Shown: in pieces, positions 55,698-64,000 of the stretch | Layout of the letters: each line of letters opens with the position of its first letter | Position numbering within the stretch: position 1 is the first letter of the stretch | Source: Bacteroidota bacterium | Lineage (GTDB): Bacteria; Bacteroidota; Bacteroidia; UBA7662; JAYUJN01 | DNA: 64,000 bases | Direction of reading: 5' to 3' | Assembly: GCA_043765195.1 (NCBI GenBank) | Contig: JAYUJN010000001.1 | Span: forward strand, 6,171-70,170 | Translations under genes and position numbers: made by a program | Notes under the pieces: model-generated | Databases searched by the model: none | What the model saw: only the letters and a program-made list of their open reading frames with translations | Told to the model about the DNA's origin: nothing

Positions 55698-57878
55698 TTA
55701 ATTCAGTTCCTCAAAATGCACCTGCCCAGTAGCAATGTCGTGGTAGGCGCTTATAATGCCAATCTCTTTGTGGTCTATTCTGTGCTTCAAATACGGGCTT
55801 TGCTCCAATATTTCTTTCACCGAATTGTTGGCATTTTGTTTGGTCGTTTTTTCCATGAGTTCATCTTCGCTGGCGTTTTCAGGTTTTGGGTAGCAACCAC
55901 ATTCGGCGGCTACCTTCTGAATTTTTGAGGTAACGGTATGAATGTTGTCGTCCATTACATTGGCTAACGAAAGCGCCACAGCACCGCAGCTCGAATGCCC
56001 TTTTACCACAATTAGTTTTGCGCCCAGTTTTTTTACCGCAATTTCCAAGCTCCCAATTATTTCGGGGTTTATAATGTTGCCCGCAATGCGAACGGTCAAT
56101 AAATCGCCCAAATTTGCATCAAACAATATTTCGGGCGAGGTTCTGCTATCGATGCAGCTAACCAAAACCGCCATCGGGTTTTGCCCCATAGAAGTAGCTT
56201 TTACCTGATGCAAATAGTGTTTGTCGGTGCCGTTTCCATCTACAAAGCGTTTGTTGCCTGCTTTTAGCAACTCCAAAGCGTCCAGTGGTTTTAGTTTTTG
56301 TTGGGTTTCTTTGTCCAACACATTTATAAACTGTACGTTGTCTTTTAAATTATATTGCCCTTTTATGCCAAGCAAATTCAACTGAATGTTTCTTTCGGGC
56401 GCAATGGTGGTTTTAAAATCGTCTATTATTTCACGCACATCATTGTCTATAAAATTGGCGTAGGTAGCATCTATCACCACTTTTGAGCCTTTGGGTATGC
56501 TCCAAAGCGTTTCTTTTATGGTTGCTTTGTTCAAAAATGAGGTTTGGTTGGGCAGCTCCAATTTTATAACCTGACCGATGTTCAGTTTGCTTTCGTTTCT
56601 TAAAAATGGGTTTTTAAAATTGCTCCTTAGTATGTAAAACACCGCAGTAGCCAAACCTATGATTACGCCGATTAATAAATCGGTAAAAACGATTGCCAAA
56701 ATAGTGATGACAAAAGGCACAAACTGCGGTCTGCCTTTTTGGTACATTTCTTTAAACAAAGATATTTTGGTTAGTTTATAACCCGTCATAAGCAGTATGG
56801 CAGCCAGCGATGCCAAAGGAATTTGGTTTAATAATGCACTTAAAAACAACACAAAAACCAACAAAAATGCGCCGTGCAATATCGCCGAAAGTTTGGTTTG
56901 GTTGCCCGCCTGCACATTTACAGAGCTACGAACAATTACCGAAGTTACGGGCAAACCGCCCAGCAATCCCGCCATCATGTTGCCTATGCCTTGCGCCACC
57001 AATTCGGTGTTTGGGGGCGAGTTTCTTTTGTGCGGGTCCAGTTTATCTACGGCTTCGATGTTTAGCAGTGTTTCCAGCGATGCCACAATGGCGAGCGTAA
57101 GCGCCACGAGCCAAACTTGGTAGTTCGATAGGTTGGTTAGGTTGGGTAAATGAAAATAGCCCGATAGGTTGTTGGTATCAATGGCTGGAATGTTTACCAA
57201 GTGGGATTGTTGAACGGCTAAAAAAGGCACAAAATTCGTAAAAATATAATTTAAAAACACCCCAAATATAACCACAAACAAAGATGCTGGCAACAGTTTT
57301 ACATTTTTTAGTGGCGTTTTGTCCCAAAAAAGGATTACCAAAATGGATAGTAAACTTATGGCAATTGCGCCTGGGGTAATGTGGTTTAGGGCATTTAATA
57401 TTTCCGAAAAACTGTTTTCGCCATCAACCTGAAAAAAGGCACTTTCGCCCTCGGGGTCTTTGTCGTAACCCAAGGCGTGCGGTATTTGCTTGATAATCAA
57501 CAAGATGCCAATAGATGCCAAAAGCCCTTTAATTACATTTGAGGGTACAAAGTTGGCTACCAAACCTGCTTTGGCTATGCCCAGCAGTAACTGAATAATG
57601 CCTGCCAAAAATACCGCAGTTAGAAACACCTCGAACGAACCGAGCTTTGTGATTGAGGCGAGTACCACGGCGGCAAGCCCAGCGGCGGGTCCGCTCACGC
57701 TTGTTTGCGATTGGCTTATAAACCCCACCACAATGCCACCAATGACCCCAGAAATGATGCCCGAAAGTAGCGGTGCGCCCGATGCCAAGGCGATGCCCAA
57801 GCACAGCGGAATTGCTACCAGAAATACAACGATACTGGCTGGTAAGTCGCTTTTGATGTTTCCGAATAATTTTTTCAT
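55698..57878 (-). CDS. SulP-family anion transporter fused to STAS-like region and C-terminal beta-carbonic anhydrase
   Basis: SulP membrane domain, STAS-like segment (IKLELPNQTSFLNKATIKE ... VVIDATYANFID). The C-terminal ~200 aa carry beta-CA motifs VSCIDSRTSPE and KGHSSCGAV. Confidence 0.85.
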   Translation of the reverse strand: MKKLFGNIKSDLPASIVVFLVAIPLCLGIALASGAPLLSGIISGVIGGIVVGFISQSQTSVSGPAAGLAAVVLASITKLGSFEVFLTAVFLAGIIQLLLGIAKAGLVANFVPSNVIKGLLASIGILLIIKQIPHALGYDKDPEGESAFFQVDGENSFSEILNALNHITPGAIAISLLSILVILFWDKTPLKNVKLLPASLFVVIFGVFLNYIFTNFVPFLAVQQSHLVNIPAIDTNNLSGYFHLPNLTNLSNYQVWLVALTLAIVASLETLLNIEAVDKLDPHKRNSPPNTELVAQGIGNMMAGLLGGLPVTSVIVRSSVNVQAGNQTKLSAILHGAFLLVFVLFLSALLNQIPLASLAAILLMTGYKLTKISLFKEMYQKGRPQFVPFVITILAIVFTDLLIGVIIGLATAVFYILRSNFKNPFLRNESKLNIGQVIKLELPNQTSFLNKATIKETLWSIPKGSKVVIDATYANFIDNDVREIIDDFKTTIAPERNIQLNLLGIKGQYNLKDNVQFINVLDKETQQKLKPLDALELLKAGNKRFVDGNGTDKHYLHQVKATSMGQNPMAVLVSCIDSRTSPEILFDANLGDLLTVRIAGNIINPEIIGSLEIAVKKLGAKLIVVKGHSSCGAVALSLANVMDDNIHTVTSKIQKVAAECGCYPKPENASEDELMEKTTKQNANNSVKEILEQSPYLKHRIDHKEIGIISAYHDIATGQVHFEELN

Positions 57879-57925
57879 TTATAAATTTTAGTAAAATATG
57901 GTGTTTTGCCTTTATTTTTGGCATA

Positions 57926-57933
57926 CAAATATA
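57926..57933 (-). promoter_or_regulatory. -7 promoter box for the SulP-CA gene
   Basis: The reverse strand reads TATATTTG. The ATG lies 48 nt downstream. Confidence 0.4.
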
Positions 57934-58155
57934 AGCTAAAATGGTGGAAAATCAAGCCGTGTTCAAAGTTTTATCTGTATTTTGGCTAAAAAGAAATTGA
58001 ATATAAAGAGTTTTAACAATTTGTAAATTAAGTGGTTAATTGTTTTTGGGTAATTGTGTTGGGTGTTTAAAATATACAAAAGCCGTGATGCAGCTAAGTT
58101 GGTTTTGGGTGTGAAACACATTGCCACAAAAGCTCAAAACCCAACATAAAAGCCA

Positions 58156-58254
58156 GCTAAAACCGAAGCCATAGAAAGCCATGGCAAAGCACAATCGGTG
58201 CTGCTAAACCTACCGCCGCCGGGTGTAACTATGCTCAAACATAGCAAGGGTTAA
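58156..58254 (+). pseudogene. orphan 3' fragment of a glgB gene (copy B of the direct repeat)
   Basis: Translates in frame as (A)KTEAIESHGKAQSVLLNLPPPGVTMLKHSKG*, versus KTEAIESHGKAQSVLLNLPPLGVIMLKHSKG* for the real glgB end. An in-frame TAA at 58147-58149 truncates it upstream, and no start codon is present. Confidence 0.75.
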
Positions 58255-58388
58255 AAGCTGTTTTTATACAAAACAACCGAAAAAACCAACAAAAGCTAAA
58301 AATGCGATTGAGTTTAGAAACTTTGTTAAATTGTTAAAATGTCTATGTGTTCTGCGCCCTTGCACCCAAAACCATAAAATATCGGCAT

Positions 58389-58396
58389 TATATTTG
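58389..58396 (+). promoter_or_regulatory. -7 promoter box for the 146-aa ORF / SulP-Dab operon
   Basis: TATATTTG. ATG 58421 lies 25 nt downstream. Confidence 0.4.
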
Positions 58397-58420
58397 TTGC
58401 TCTAACAAAAATGGGCAACA

Positions 58421-58861
58421 ATGCCCAAAATCAAGTGTTCAACCAACACAAAAAGTAGTTTACAAATGCAAGGCGCACAAAGAAAATTCTTATTTTTTGC
58501 TTTATTCACAGCTCTCTGCTGCTTTACCCAAGTGTTTTATTTGGGTAGCAACAAGCAAGCCGCTGTGCATAGCACCCAAATAAATGAGGTTAGCCAGCTC
58601 GTAAGCCACGCACCCAACTCGGACGTAAAAACGACCGAACTCGACTTTAAAAAGCCACAAATTTTTATAGAGGAAACTGCGCAAGACGATACCAGCGCTC
58701 CCGAAAAAAACTTTGGTGGCTCTAACCAACTTTTTAATGGTAGCAAAAACGAATTTGGCGCACATTTAAGCCAAATTTTTACTAATTTCTTTGCTATTTT
58801 AGGTATCTCTACCATAGTTCCACTTTACTTGCTTTACAACAAGTTAAAGGTTTTTTGTTAA
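58421..58861 (+). CDS. hypothetical protein with N-terminal and C-terminal hydrophobic segments (146 aa)
   Basis: ORF begins 25 nt after a perfect -7 box. It has an N-terminal hydrophobic stretch FLFFALFTALCCF and a C-terminal stretch FFAILGISTIVPLYLLY. No family recognised. Confidence 0.4.
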   Translation: MPKIKCSTNTKSSLQMQGAQRKFLFFALFTALCCFTQVFYLGSNKQAAVHSTQINEVSQLVSHAPNSDVKTTELDFKKPQIFIEETAQDDTSAPEKNFGGSNQLFNGSKNEFGAHLSQIFTNFFAILGISTIVPLYLLYNKLKVFC

Positions 58862-58924
58862 TTAATTTACGGCAATAAAATTACTCCAAAAGTAATTTGG
58901 GCTACCACCAAGGCATACCCCACA

Positions 58925-58968
58925 GCACGCTCGCACATTTTGTTTGCGCAGAGCCGTGCGTATTTTTT
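58925..58968 (+). terminator. imperfect GC hairpin followed by a T-run, upstream of the SulP start (terminator or attenuator-like)
   Basis: GCACGCTCGC (58925-58934) pairs with bulges to GCGCAGAGCCGTGC (58946-58959), then TATTTTTT (58961-58968). It lies 35 nt upstream of ATG 59003. Confidence 0.3.
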
Positions 58969-59002
58969 ACAAATCGTAACCAAAAAATTAATTAATCGAA
59001 CA

Positions 59003-60598
59003 ATGAACAATCAAAAAAACTACCCTGTCGATGGTTTCGCAGGCTTAAAACAAAATATTTCTACCGATGCCATTTCTGGCTTCATCGTATTTTTACTGGC
59101 ATTGCCCCTAAGTTTGGGTATCGCCAAGGCATCAGAGTTTCCGCCGCTCATGGGGCTGCTCACAGCCATGATAGGCGGGTTGGTGGTGAGCCTAATTTCT
59201 GGCTCATTGCTTACCATAAAAGGACCAGCCGCAGGGCTTATCGTAATTGTAGCTGGTGCCGTAACCGATTTTGGCGGCGGCGATACTGGCTGGCACCTTG
59301 CGCTGGGCGCTATGGTGGTGGCTGGCTTGATACAAATTTTATTTGGCGTGCTTAAATTAGGGCGATTCTCTGATTTTTTTCCGTTGGCTGCCATACACGG
59401 TATGCTGGCTGCCATAGGCATTATAATTGTAGCCAAACAAGTACCAGTGCTTATGGGCGTGAACCCCGCACTAACCAAGGGCAAAGCACCGCTGGAACTG
59501 CTGGCAAATATCCCCAATTTTATAACGCACCTAAACCCAACGGCTACGCTTATTGGCGTGGTTAGTTTGGTTATTATGATGGGTTTGCCGATGATAAAAA
59601 ACAAATTTGTGAAAAAAATACCAGGTTCGCTCCTCGTACTTATGGTAGCCATACCCGCAGCTTTATTTCTACAATTTAAAACCACCCAGCCCGCTTACAC
59701 ACTCGTAAAAATAGGCAACTTACTGGACAATATAAAAATAAACGTAGATTTTTCGGGCATACACCAAATGGGTACTTTTGTAAAATACGTAATTATGTTT
59801 GCGCTGGTGGGTACGCTCGAGTCGTTGCTTACCGTAAAAGCCATAGACATGATGGACCCCCACAAACGCAAATCCAACACCAACAAAGACATTATAGCCA
59901 TAGGTGTAGGCAACGTAATATCGGCAATATTGGGCGGTTTACCCATGATTTCGGAGGTAGCACGTAGCTCGTCCAACGTAAACAACGGCGCAAAAACCAG
60001 GTGGGCAAACTTTTTTCACGGGTTTTTTATCTTAGTATTTGTGCTTTTTGCAGCCCCACTCATAGAAATGATACCCAACGCCGCTTTGGCAGCCATGCTT
60101 ATAAGCGTGGGCATAAAATTGGCGCACCCAAAAGAGTTTATCCACGTGTTTAAAATCGGAAAAGAACAATTAGCCATATTTTTAGTAACCATTTTCTTTA
60201 CTTTATCCCAAGATTTATTGGTAGGCATCGCCGCAGGTATTGCCCTAAAAATGATTGTACACGTGATAAACGGCGCACCCATCAGCTCTTTGTTCAAAGC
60301 CGTGGTATCTATCTCATCGCACGAAGATGATTATTTGGTAGAAATAGAACAATCGGCGATATTCAGCAATTTTATAGGCATAAAAAGCCAATTGGAGAGC
60401 ATACCACACGGCAAAAACTTGACCATAAACCTTTCCAAAGCCAAACTAATAGACCACTCGGTGATGGAAAACCTGTACCATTTTCAGGAGGATTACATAG
60501 CCGAAGGTTATAGGTGCGTGCTCGAGGGCATACAAAACCACAGACCACTGTCGGCGCACGAGCTGGCTGCCAGAAAAATAACCCGCCTAACCGTTTAA
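59003..60598 (+). CDS. SulP-family anion transporter with C-terminal STAS domain (BicA-like architecture)
   Basis: Start moved to ATG 59003 (MNNQKNYPVDGFAGLKQNI). SulP membrane core and STAS-like C-terminus (YLVEIEQSAIFSNFIGIKSQLESIP ... LSKAKLIDHSVMENL). Confidence 0.85.
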   Translation: MNNQKNYPVDGFAGLKQNISTDAISGFIVFLLALPLSLGIAKASEFPPLMGLLTAMIGGLVVSLISGSLLTIKGPAAGLIVIVAGAVTDFGGGDTGWHLALGAMVVAGLIQILFGVLKLGRFSDFFPLAAIHGMLAAIGIIIVAKQVPVLMGVNPALTKGKAPLELLANIPNFITHLNPTATLIGVVSLVIMMGLPMIKNKFVKKIPGSLLVLMVAIPAALFLQFKTTQPAYTLVKIGNLLDNIKINVDFSGIHQMGTFVKYVIMFALVGTLESLLTVKAIDMMDPHKRKSNTNKDIIAIGVGNVISAILGGLPMISEVARSSSNVNNGAKTRWANFFHGFFILVFVLFAAPLIEMIPNAALAAMLISVGIKLAHPKEFIHVFKIGKEQLAIFLVTIFFTLSQDLLVGIAAGIALKMIVHVINGAPISSLFKAVVSISSHEDDYLVEIEQSAIFSNFIGIKSQLESIPHGKNLTINLSKAKLIDHSVMENLYHFQEDYIAEGYRCVLEGIQNHRPLSAHELAARKITRLTV

Positions 60599-60612
60599 AC
60601 GACACTAATAAA

Positions 60613-61377
60613 ATGAAATATTTCAAAATAATAATAGTAGCCGCCCTTGTATGTATGAGCGGCTACACCGCCCAAGCCCAGCGCAACACAGTAATAAACA
60701 ACAATGCGTGGCTGGTATATAACGGCGACCACAAAGTAAGCGATAAGTGGGGCGTTCACTTAGAAATGCAAGTGCGCCGCAACGAGCTGCTATCGAAACC
60801 CATGCAGCTACTGCCAAGGGTGGGCATTAACTATTACTTCAATCCGCAAGTAATGGCTACGGCTGGCTACGCCTACGTAGAAACCGACCCCTACGGCAAG
60901 TTTCCAGTAACCACCAAGTTTGGGGAGAGCCGTGCTTGGGAGCAAATACAGATAAAAAACCAGTTTAATAGGGTGGAGCAAGTAAACAGAATACGCCTCG
61001 AGCAGCGGTTTGTAAACCTGCCCGTTCGCTCGGCAACCGACGGCACGTACAAGCCCGGACCAGCCGTTTATTCCAACCGCATACGCCTACAAAACAGGAT
61101 AGCCGTGCCTTTAAACGGAAAAACGATTGTAGATAAATCGGTGTACGTTACGGCTGCCGACGAAATATTTGTGAATTTTGGTAAGAATGTAGGCAAAAAT
61201 ATTTTTGACCAAAACCGTGCCTACGCCGCCATAGGCTACAAAGTACCCAAACTGGGTAGGGTAGAGGCTGGCTATCTGTGGCAGGTAATAGCCAAATCGG
61301 ACGGCATACGCATAGAGAGCAACTACACGCTGCAAGTGGGCATTTTTTCTACCATCGATTTTTATAAAAAAAAGTAA
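60613..61377 (+). CDS. DUF2490-like protein with signal peptide (predicted beta-rich, possibly outer-membrane)
   Basis: Start moved to ATG 60613 (MKYFKIIIVAALVCMSGYTAQAQ). NNNAWLVYNGDHKVSDKWGVHLEMQVRRN matches my recollection of DUF2490. Its stop TAA is directly followed by the dabA ATG. Confidence 0.6.
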   Translation: MKYFKIIIVAALVCMSGYTAQAQRNTVINNNAWLVYNGDHKVSDKWGVHLEMQVRRNELLSKPMQLLPRVGINYYFNPQVMATAGYAYVETDPYGKFPVTTKFGESRAWEQIQIKNQFNRVEQVNRIRLEQRFVNLPVRSATDGTYKPGPAVYSNRIRLQNRIAVPLNGKTIVDKSVYVTAADEIFVNFGKNVGKNIFDQNRAYAAIGYKVPKLGRVEAGYLWQVIAKSDGIRIESNYTLQVGIFSTIDFYKKK

Positions 61378-63939
61378 ATGAACACGCACACACAAACCGA
61401 TAACACGTTCGATGCGCACGAAGTGCTGCACGAACTGGCGCACTATTTGCCCTCGCAAACGCCCATAAAAGACTTTATACACCACAACTCGCTGCACGCT
61501 TTTCAGGATATGAAGTTTTTTGATGCCATTTTTAAAGCCTCAAAAATATTTGGCTACCAAGCTACTTTGCAGCTCGCCGATTATAGAACCATGTATGAGC
61601 AAGGGCGCATTAGCCCCGAGGTACTAAACAGGCTTATTTTGGACAAAAAAGGTGTGGCGCAGCTCATTAACTGGCAACAAAAACTACTAAGCCAAACCTA
61701 TAATGTAGAAAGCGATGCCAGAATAGGCACATTGCGCCAAAACTGGAAAAAGCACTACAAAATAGACATGGACACAATGGTTCACCCTACTTTGTTTCGG
61801 ATACTTTGTAGCTATTTGGACCAAGGCATCGCCATTTGGGATTTTCCTACCAACGGAAAAGGCTTGATAGCGGGCTTAAAAACGCTGGAAAAAAACAGTT
61901 TTACCAGTTTTTTTAAAACCAAAACGGCTCGCAAGCTATTGCTATCCGATGACTGCACCATAGAATCGTTGCTTAAAATGGTGGTGGGCAACCCCAGCTA
62001 CTACAAACAATATTTGTACGACCAGCAGTTTGCGCACAGAGGCTGGTCGGGCATGGCGGCTACCTTAGAGCATAGCCCAGATACCTTGCTCAGTCCCAAA
62101 AAAATAACGCTGGAAGAGGTAGTGCTGCTCGACCTTTTGCTGGAAATAGACAACCTAACCTACAAATTTGGCGTGGGCAACTGGCAGCCACTGGCGGAGT
62201 ACCTAACCGAGCCGCCGATGGAGTTGCTGGATAGCGTGCCGCCCACGGAGCTGCAAGAGGTATATGAACTGTGGCAAAAAGCCTTTGAGTGGAGCTACTA
62301 CGACCAAGTACTGTCGGGCATAAGTGCCTTAAAAGACAAAAAAAGTAGGGAATTGCCGCAAAAAGAAGCGTACCAAAAAAGTTTTCAAGCCATATTTTGT
62401 ATAGATGAGCGAGAATGCTCCTTGCGCCGCCACGTGGAGCAGTTAGATACCGAATGCGAAACGCTGGGTATGCCAGGGTTTTTTGGGGTGGAGTTTTATT
62501 TTCAGGCAGAAAACGCCAAGTTTTACGACAAAATGGCACCTGCGCCCGTTACGCCTCGTTTTCTTATAAAAGAGCAAAACAACAACAAATCACGCCCGCA
62601 CGAGGCTTTTTATAATTCTAAGGCGCACACGCTTTTGGGCGGATATTTGGCATCGTTCACCTTTGGTTTTTGGGCTATTGGAAAGCTAATACGCAACTTG
62701 TACGCACCCAAAATGACACCCGCCATTTCCAATGCTTTTGCGCACATGCACAAATACTCGAGCCTGAGCATAGAAAACAAAGACGTAAACGACCAAGAAA
62801 ACGGGCTGCAAATAGGCTTTACCACCACCGAAATGGCGGATAGGGTAGAGGGCGCACTGCGCAACATTGGGCTTATAAAAAACTTTGCGCCGCTTATATA
62901 TTTGGTATCGCATGGGGCAAGTACAGCCAACAACCCGCACCACGGCGCATACGATTGTGGTGCGTGCAGCGGCAGACCAGGCTCTGTGAACTCAAAAGTG
63001 ATGGCATTTATGGCGAACCACCCCAAGGTAAGGGAAATATTGGTGCAAAGAGGCATAACGATACCAGATACTACGCAGTTTTTGGGGGCGATGCACGATA
63101 CTTCTGCCGACGAAATGCAGTTTTATGAATTAGATGCGCTCACAACCGTAAACCAAGAAGCACACAAAAACAATGAAATAACGTTTGAAAATGCTTTAAA
63201 TTACAACGCAAAAGAACGCTCTCGCAGGTTTGCCTCCATAGATACCAAAGGTAGCTTGGTAAAAGTACGCCAAAAAATAAAAGAGCGCTCGGTGTCGTTT
63301 TTTGAGCCACGCCCAGAGCTTGGGCACGGCACCAATGCCCTGTGTATTATAGGCAACCGCAGTTTTACCAAGGGTTTGTTTTTGGATAGGCGTGCGTTTA
63401 TGAACTCCTACGACTACAAAACCGACCCCGAGGGCAAGCTCTTACTGGGTGTGATGCGCCCCATAGGTCCGGTTTGCGGCGGTATAAACTTGGAGTACTA
63501 TTTTTCGAGGGTAGATAACTATAAGCTGGGGGCGGGTACTAAGCTCTCGCACAATGTAATGGGGCTTATTGGTGTAGCCAACAGCAGCGACGGCGACCTA
63601 CGCCCAGGCTTGCCCATACAAATGGTAGAAGTGCACGACCCCGTGCGCCTAATGGTAATAGTGGAGCATAGCCCCGAAATAGTACTAAAAGCAATAAACA
63701 CCCAAGCCGATACCTACCAGTGGTTTCAAAACGAGTGGGTGCATTTGGTGGCGGCTTGCCCTGTAACGAACAAGTATTTTTACTTTAAAAATGACCAGTT
63801 TCAGGAATATAAGCCAGGCTTTGTAGAAATACAAAACAAAAAAAACATGATTGACCTCATAGAATCGGCTAAACTAATGAAATCCAATAAAATAGTAGAT
63901 TCTACCAAAGAAAACCTCCCAATCCACATTTTACAATAA
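61378..63939 (+). CDS. dabA: DUF2309-family protein, inorganic carbon pump subunit DabA
   Basis: 853 aa. IKDFIHHNSLHAF. Beta-CA-like zinc site residues are conserved in the same spacing as described for DabA: FCIDERE (Cys341, Asp343; 62398-62406), His512 (62911-62913) and YDCGAC (Cys527, Cys530; 62956-62967). Confidence 0.85.
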   Translation: MNTHTQTDNTFDAHEVLHELAHYLPSQTPIKDFIHHNSLHAFQDMKFFDAIFKASKIFGYQATLQLADYRTMYEQGRISPEVLNRLILDKKGVAQLINWQQKLLSQTYNVESDARIGTLRQNWKKHYKIDMDTMVHPTLFRILCSYLDQGIAIWDFPTNGKGLIAGLKTLEKNSFTSFFKTKTARKLLLSDDCTIESLLKMVVGNPSYYKQYLYDQQFAHRGWSGMAATLEHSPDTLLSPKKITLEEVVLLDLLLEIDNLTYKFGVGNWQPLAEYLTEPPMELLDSVPPTELQEVYELWQKAFEWSYYDQVLSGISALKDKKSRELPQKEAYQKSFQAIFCIDERECSLRRHVEQLDTECETLGMPGFFGVEFYFQAENAKFYDKMAPAPVTPRFLIKEQNNNKSRPHEAFYNSKAHTLLGGYLASFTFGFWAIGKLIRNLYAPKMTPAISNAFAHMHKYSSLSIENKDVNDQENGLQIGFTTTEMADRVEGALRNIGLIKNFAPLIYLVSHGASTANNPHHGAYDCGACSGRPGSVNSKVMAFMANHPKVREILVQRGITIPDTTQFLGAMHDTSADEMQFYELDALTTVNQEAHKNNEITFENALNYNAKERSRRFASIDTKGSLVKVRQKIKERSVSFFEPRPELGHGTNALCIIGNRSFTKGLFLDRRAFMNSYDYKTDPEGKLLLGVMRPIGPVCGGINLEYYFSRVDNYKLGAGTKLSHNVMGLIGVANSSDGDLRPGLPIQMVEVHDPVRLMVIVEHSPEIVLKAINTQADTYQWFQNEWVHLVAACPVTNKYFYFKNDQFQEYKPGFVEIQNKKNMIDLIESAKLMKSNKIVDSTKENLPIHILQ

Positions 63940-63945
63940 ATTATT

Positions 63946-64000
63946 ATGCAACAGATACTTGCTCTTTTTATACTTATTCCATTGCTGGGGCTTATAATAA
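63946..64000 (+). CDS. dabB: start of NuoL/Mrp-like membrane subunit, probable DabB (partial, runs off the right edge)
   Basis: ATG lies 6 nt after the dabA stop. It reads MQQILALFILIPLLGLII, the hydrophobic N-terminus typical of NuoL-like proteins. Assignment rests mainly on context. Confidence 0.5.
   Translation, partial: MQQILALFILIPLLGLII

Noticed and set aside
1-64000. Search for CRISPR arrays, tRNA/rRNA genes, IS elements with transposase and integrases
   Set aside because: No regularly spaced repeats, cloverleaf-like segments in intergenic regions, rRNA-like stretches or DDE/tyrosine-recombinase ORFs were seen by eye. Intergenic regions are mostly under 350 bp. tRNAscan/Infernal would be needed for certainty.

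Overview
This 64-kb chromosomal segment reads like a Bacteroidota genome. Two proteins carry T9SS-type C-terminal sorting domains. I found 14 perfect TAnnTTTG -7 promoter boxes lying 14-48 nt upstream of start codons. Lineage-typical genes are present (LemA/TPM cluster, DUF4494-kdsB, an MbnP/MbnH-like pair). I call about 57 protein-coding genes in alternating strand blocks. By eye I found no rRNA, tRNA, CRISPR array or classical transposase.

The backbone is housekeeping: pyrC, nrnA, gmhB-like, rluD, serC, ppx, mreB, purH, ppk1, recR, kdsB plus a small LPS-type cluster, dapF, trhO, pyrR, pheT, polA, a MATE pump, parAB, icmF and glgB.

Unusual content:
1. At the right end there is a stacked inorganic-carbon uptake locus. 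A SulP-STAS-beta-carbonic-anhydrase fusion lies divergent from a tightly packed SulP / DUF2490 / DabA / DabB operon. The SulP-CA gene is bracketed by a diverged direct repeat of the glgB 3' end.
2. An AT-rich two-gene cassette (a 336-aa HTH-like protein plus a Doc/Fic toxin) sits right after the icmF stop codon and is bordered by short G-rich inverted repeats.
3. One apparent transcription unit encodes a 1623-aa C25 (gingipain-like) protein with a dockerin-like tail, a T9SS-tagged cutinase/PETase-like hydrolase and a 68-aa ORF.
4. An MbnP/MbnH-like pair occurs without a methanobactin operon.
5. An SCO1/SenC homologue lacks all three copper ligands.
6. An AT-rich islet carries a PD-(D/E)XK transposase-like gene.
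7. A G6 motif recurs 5-6 nt after three TAG stop codons.

All calls come from reading the sequence and recalling family motifs. No database search, HMM or GC computation was run.
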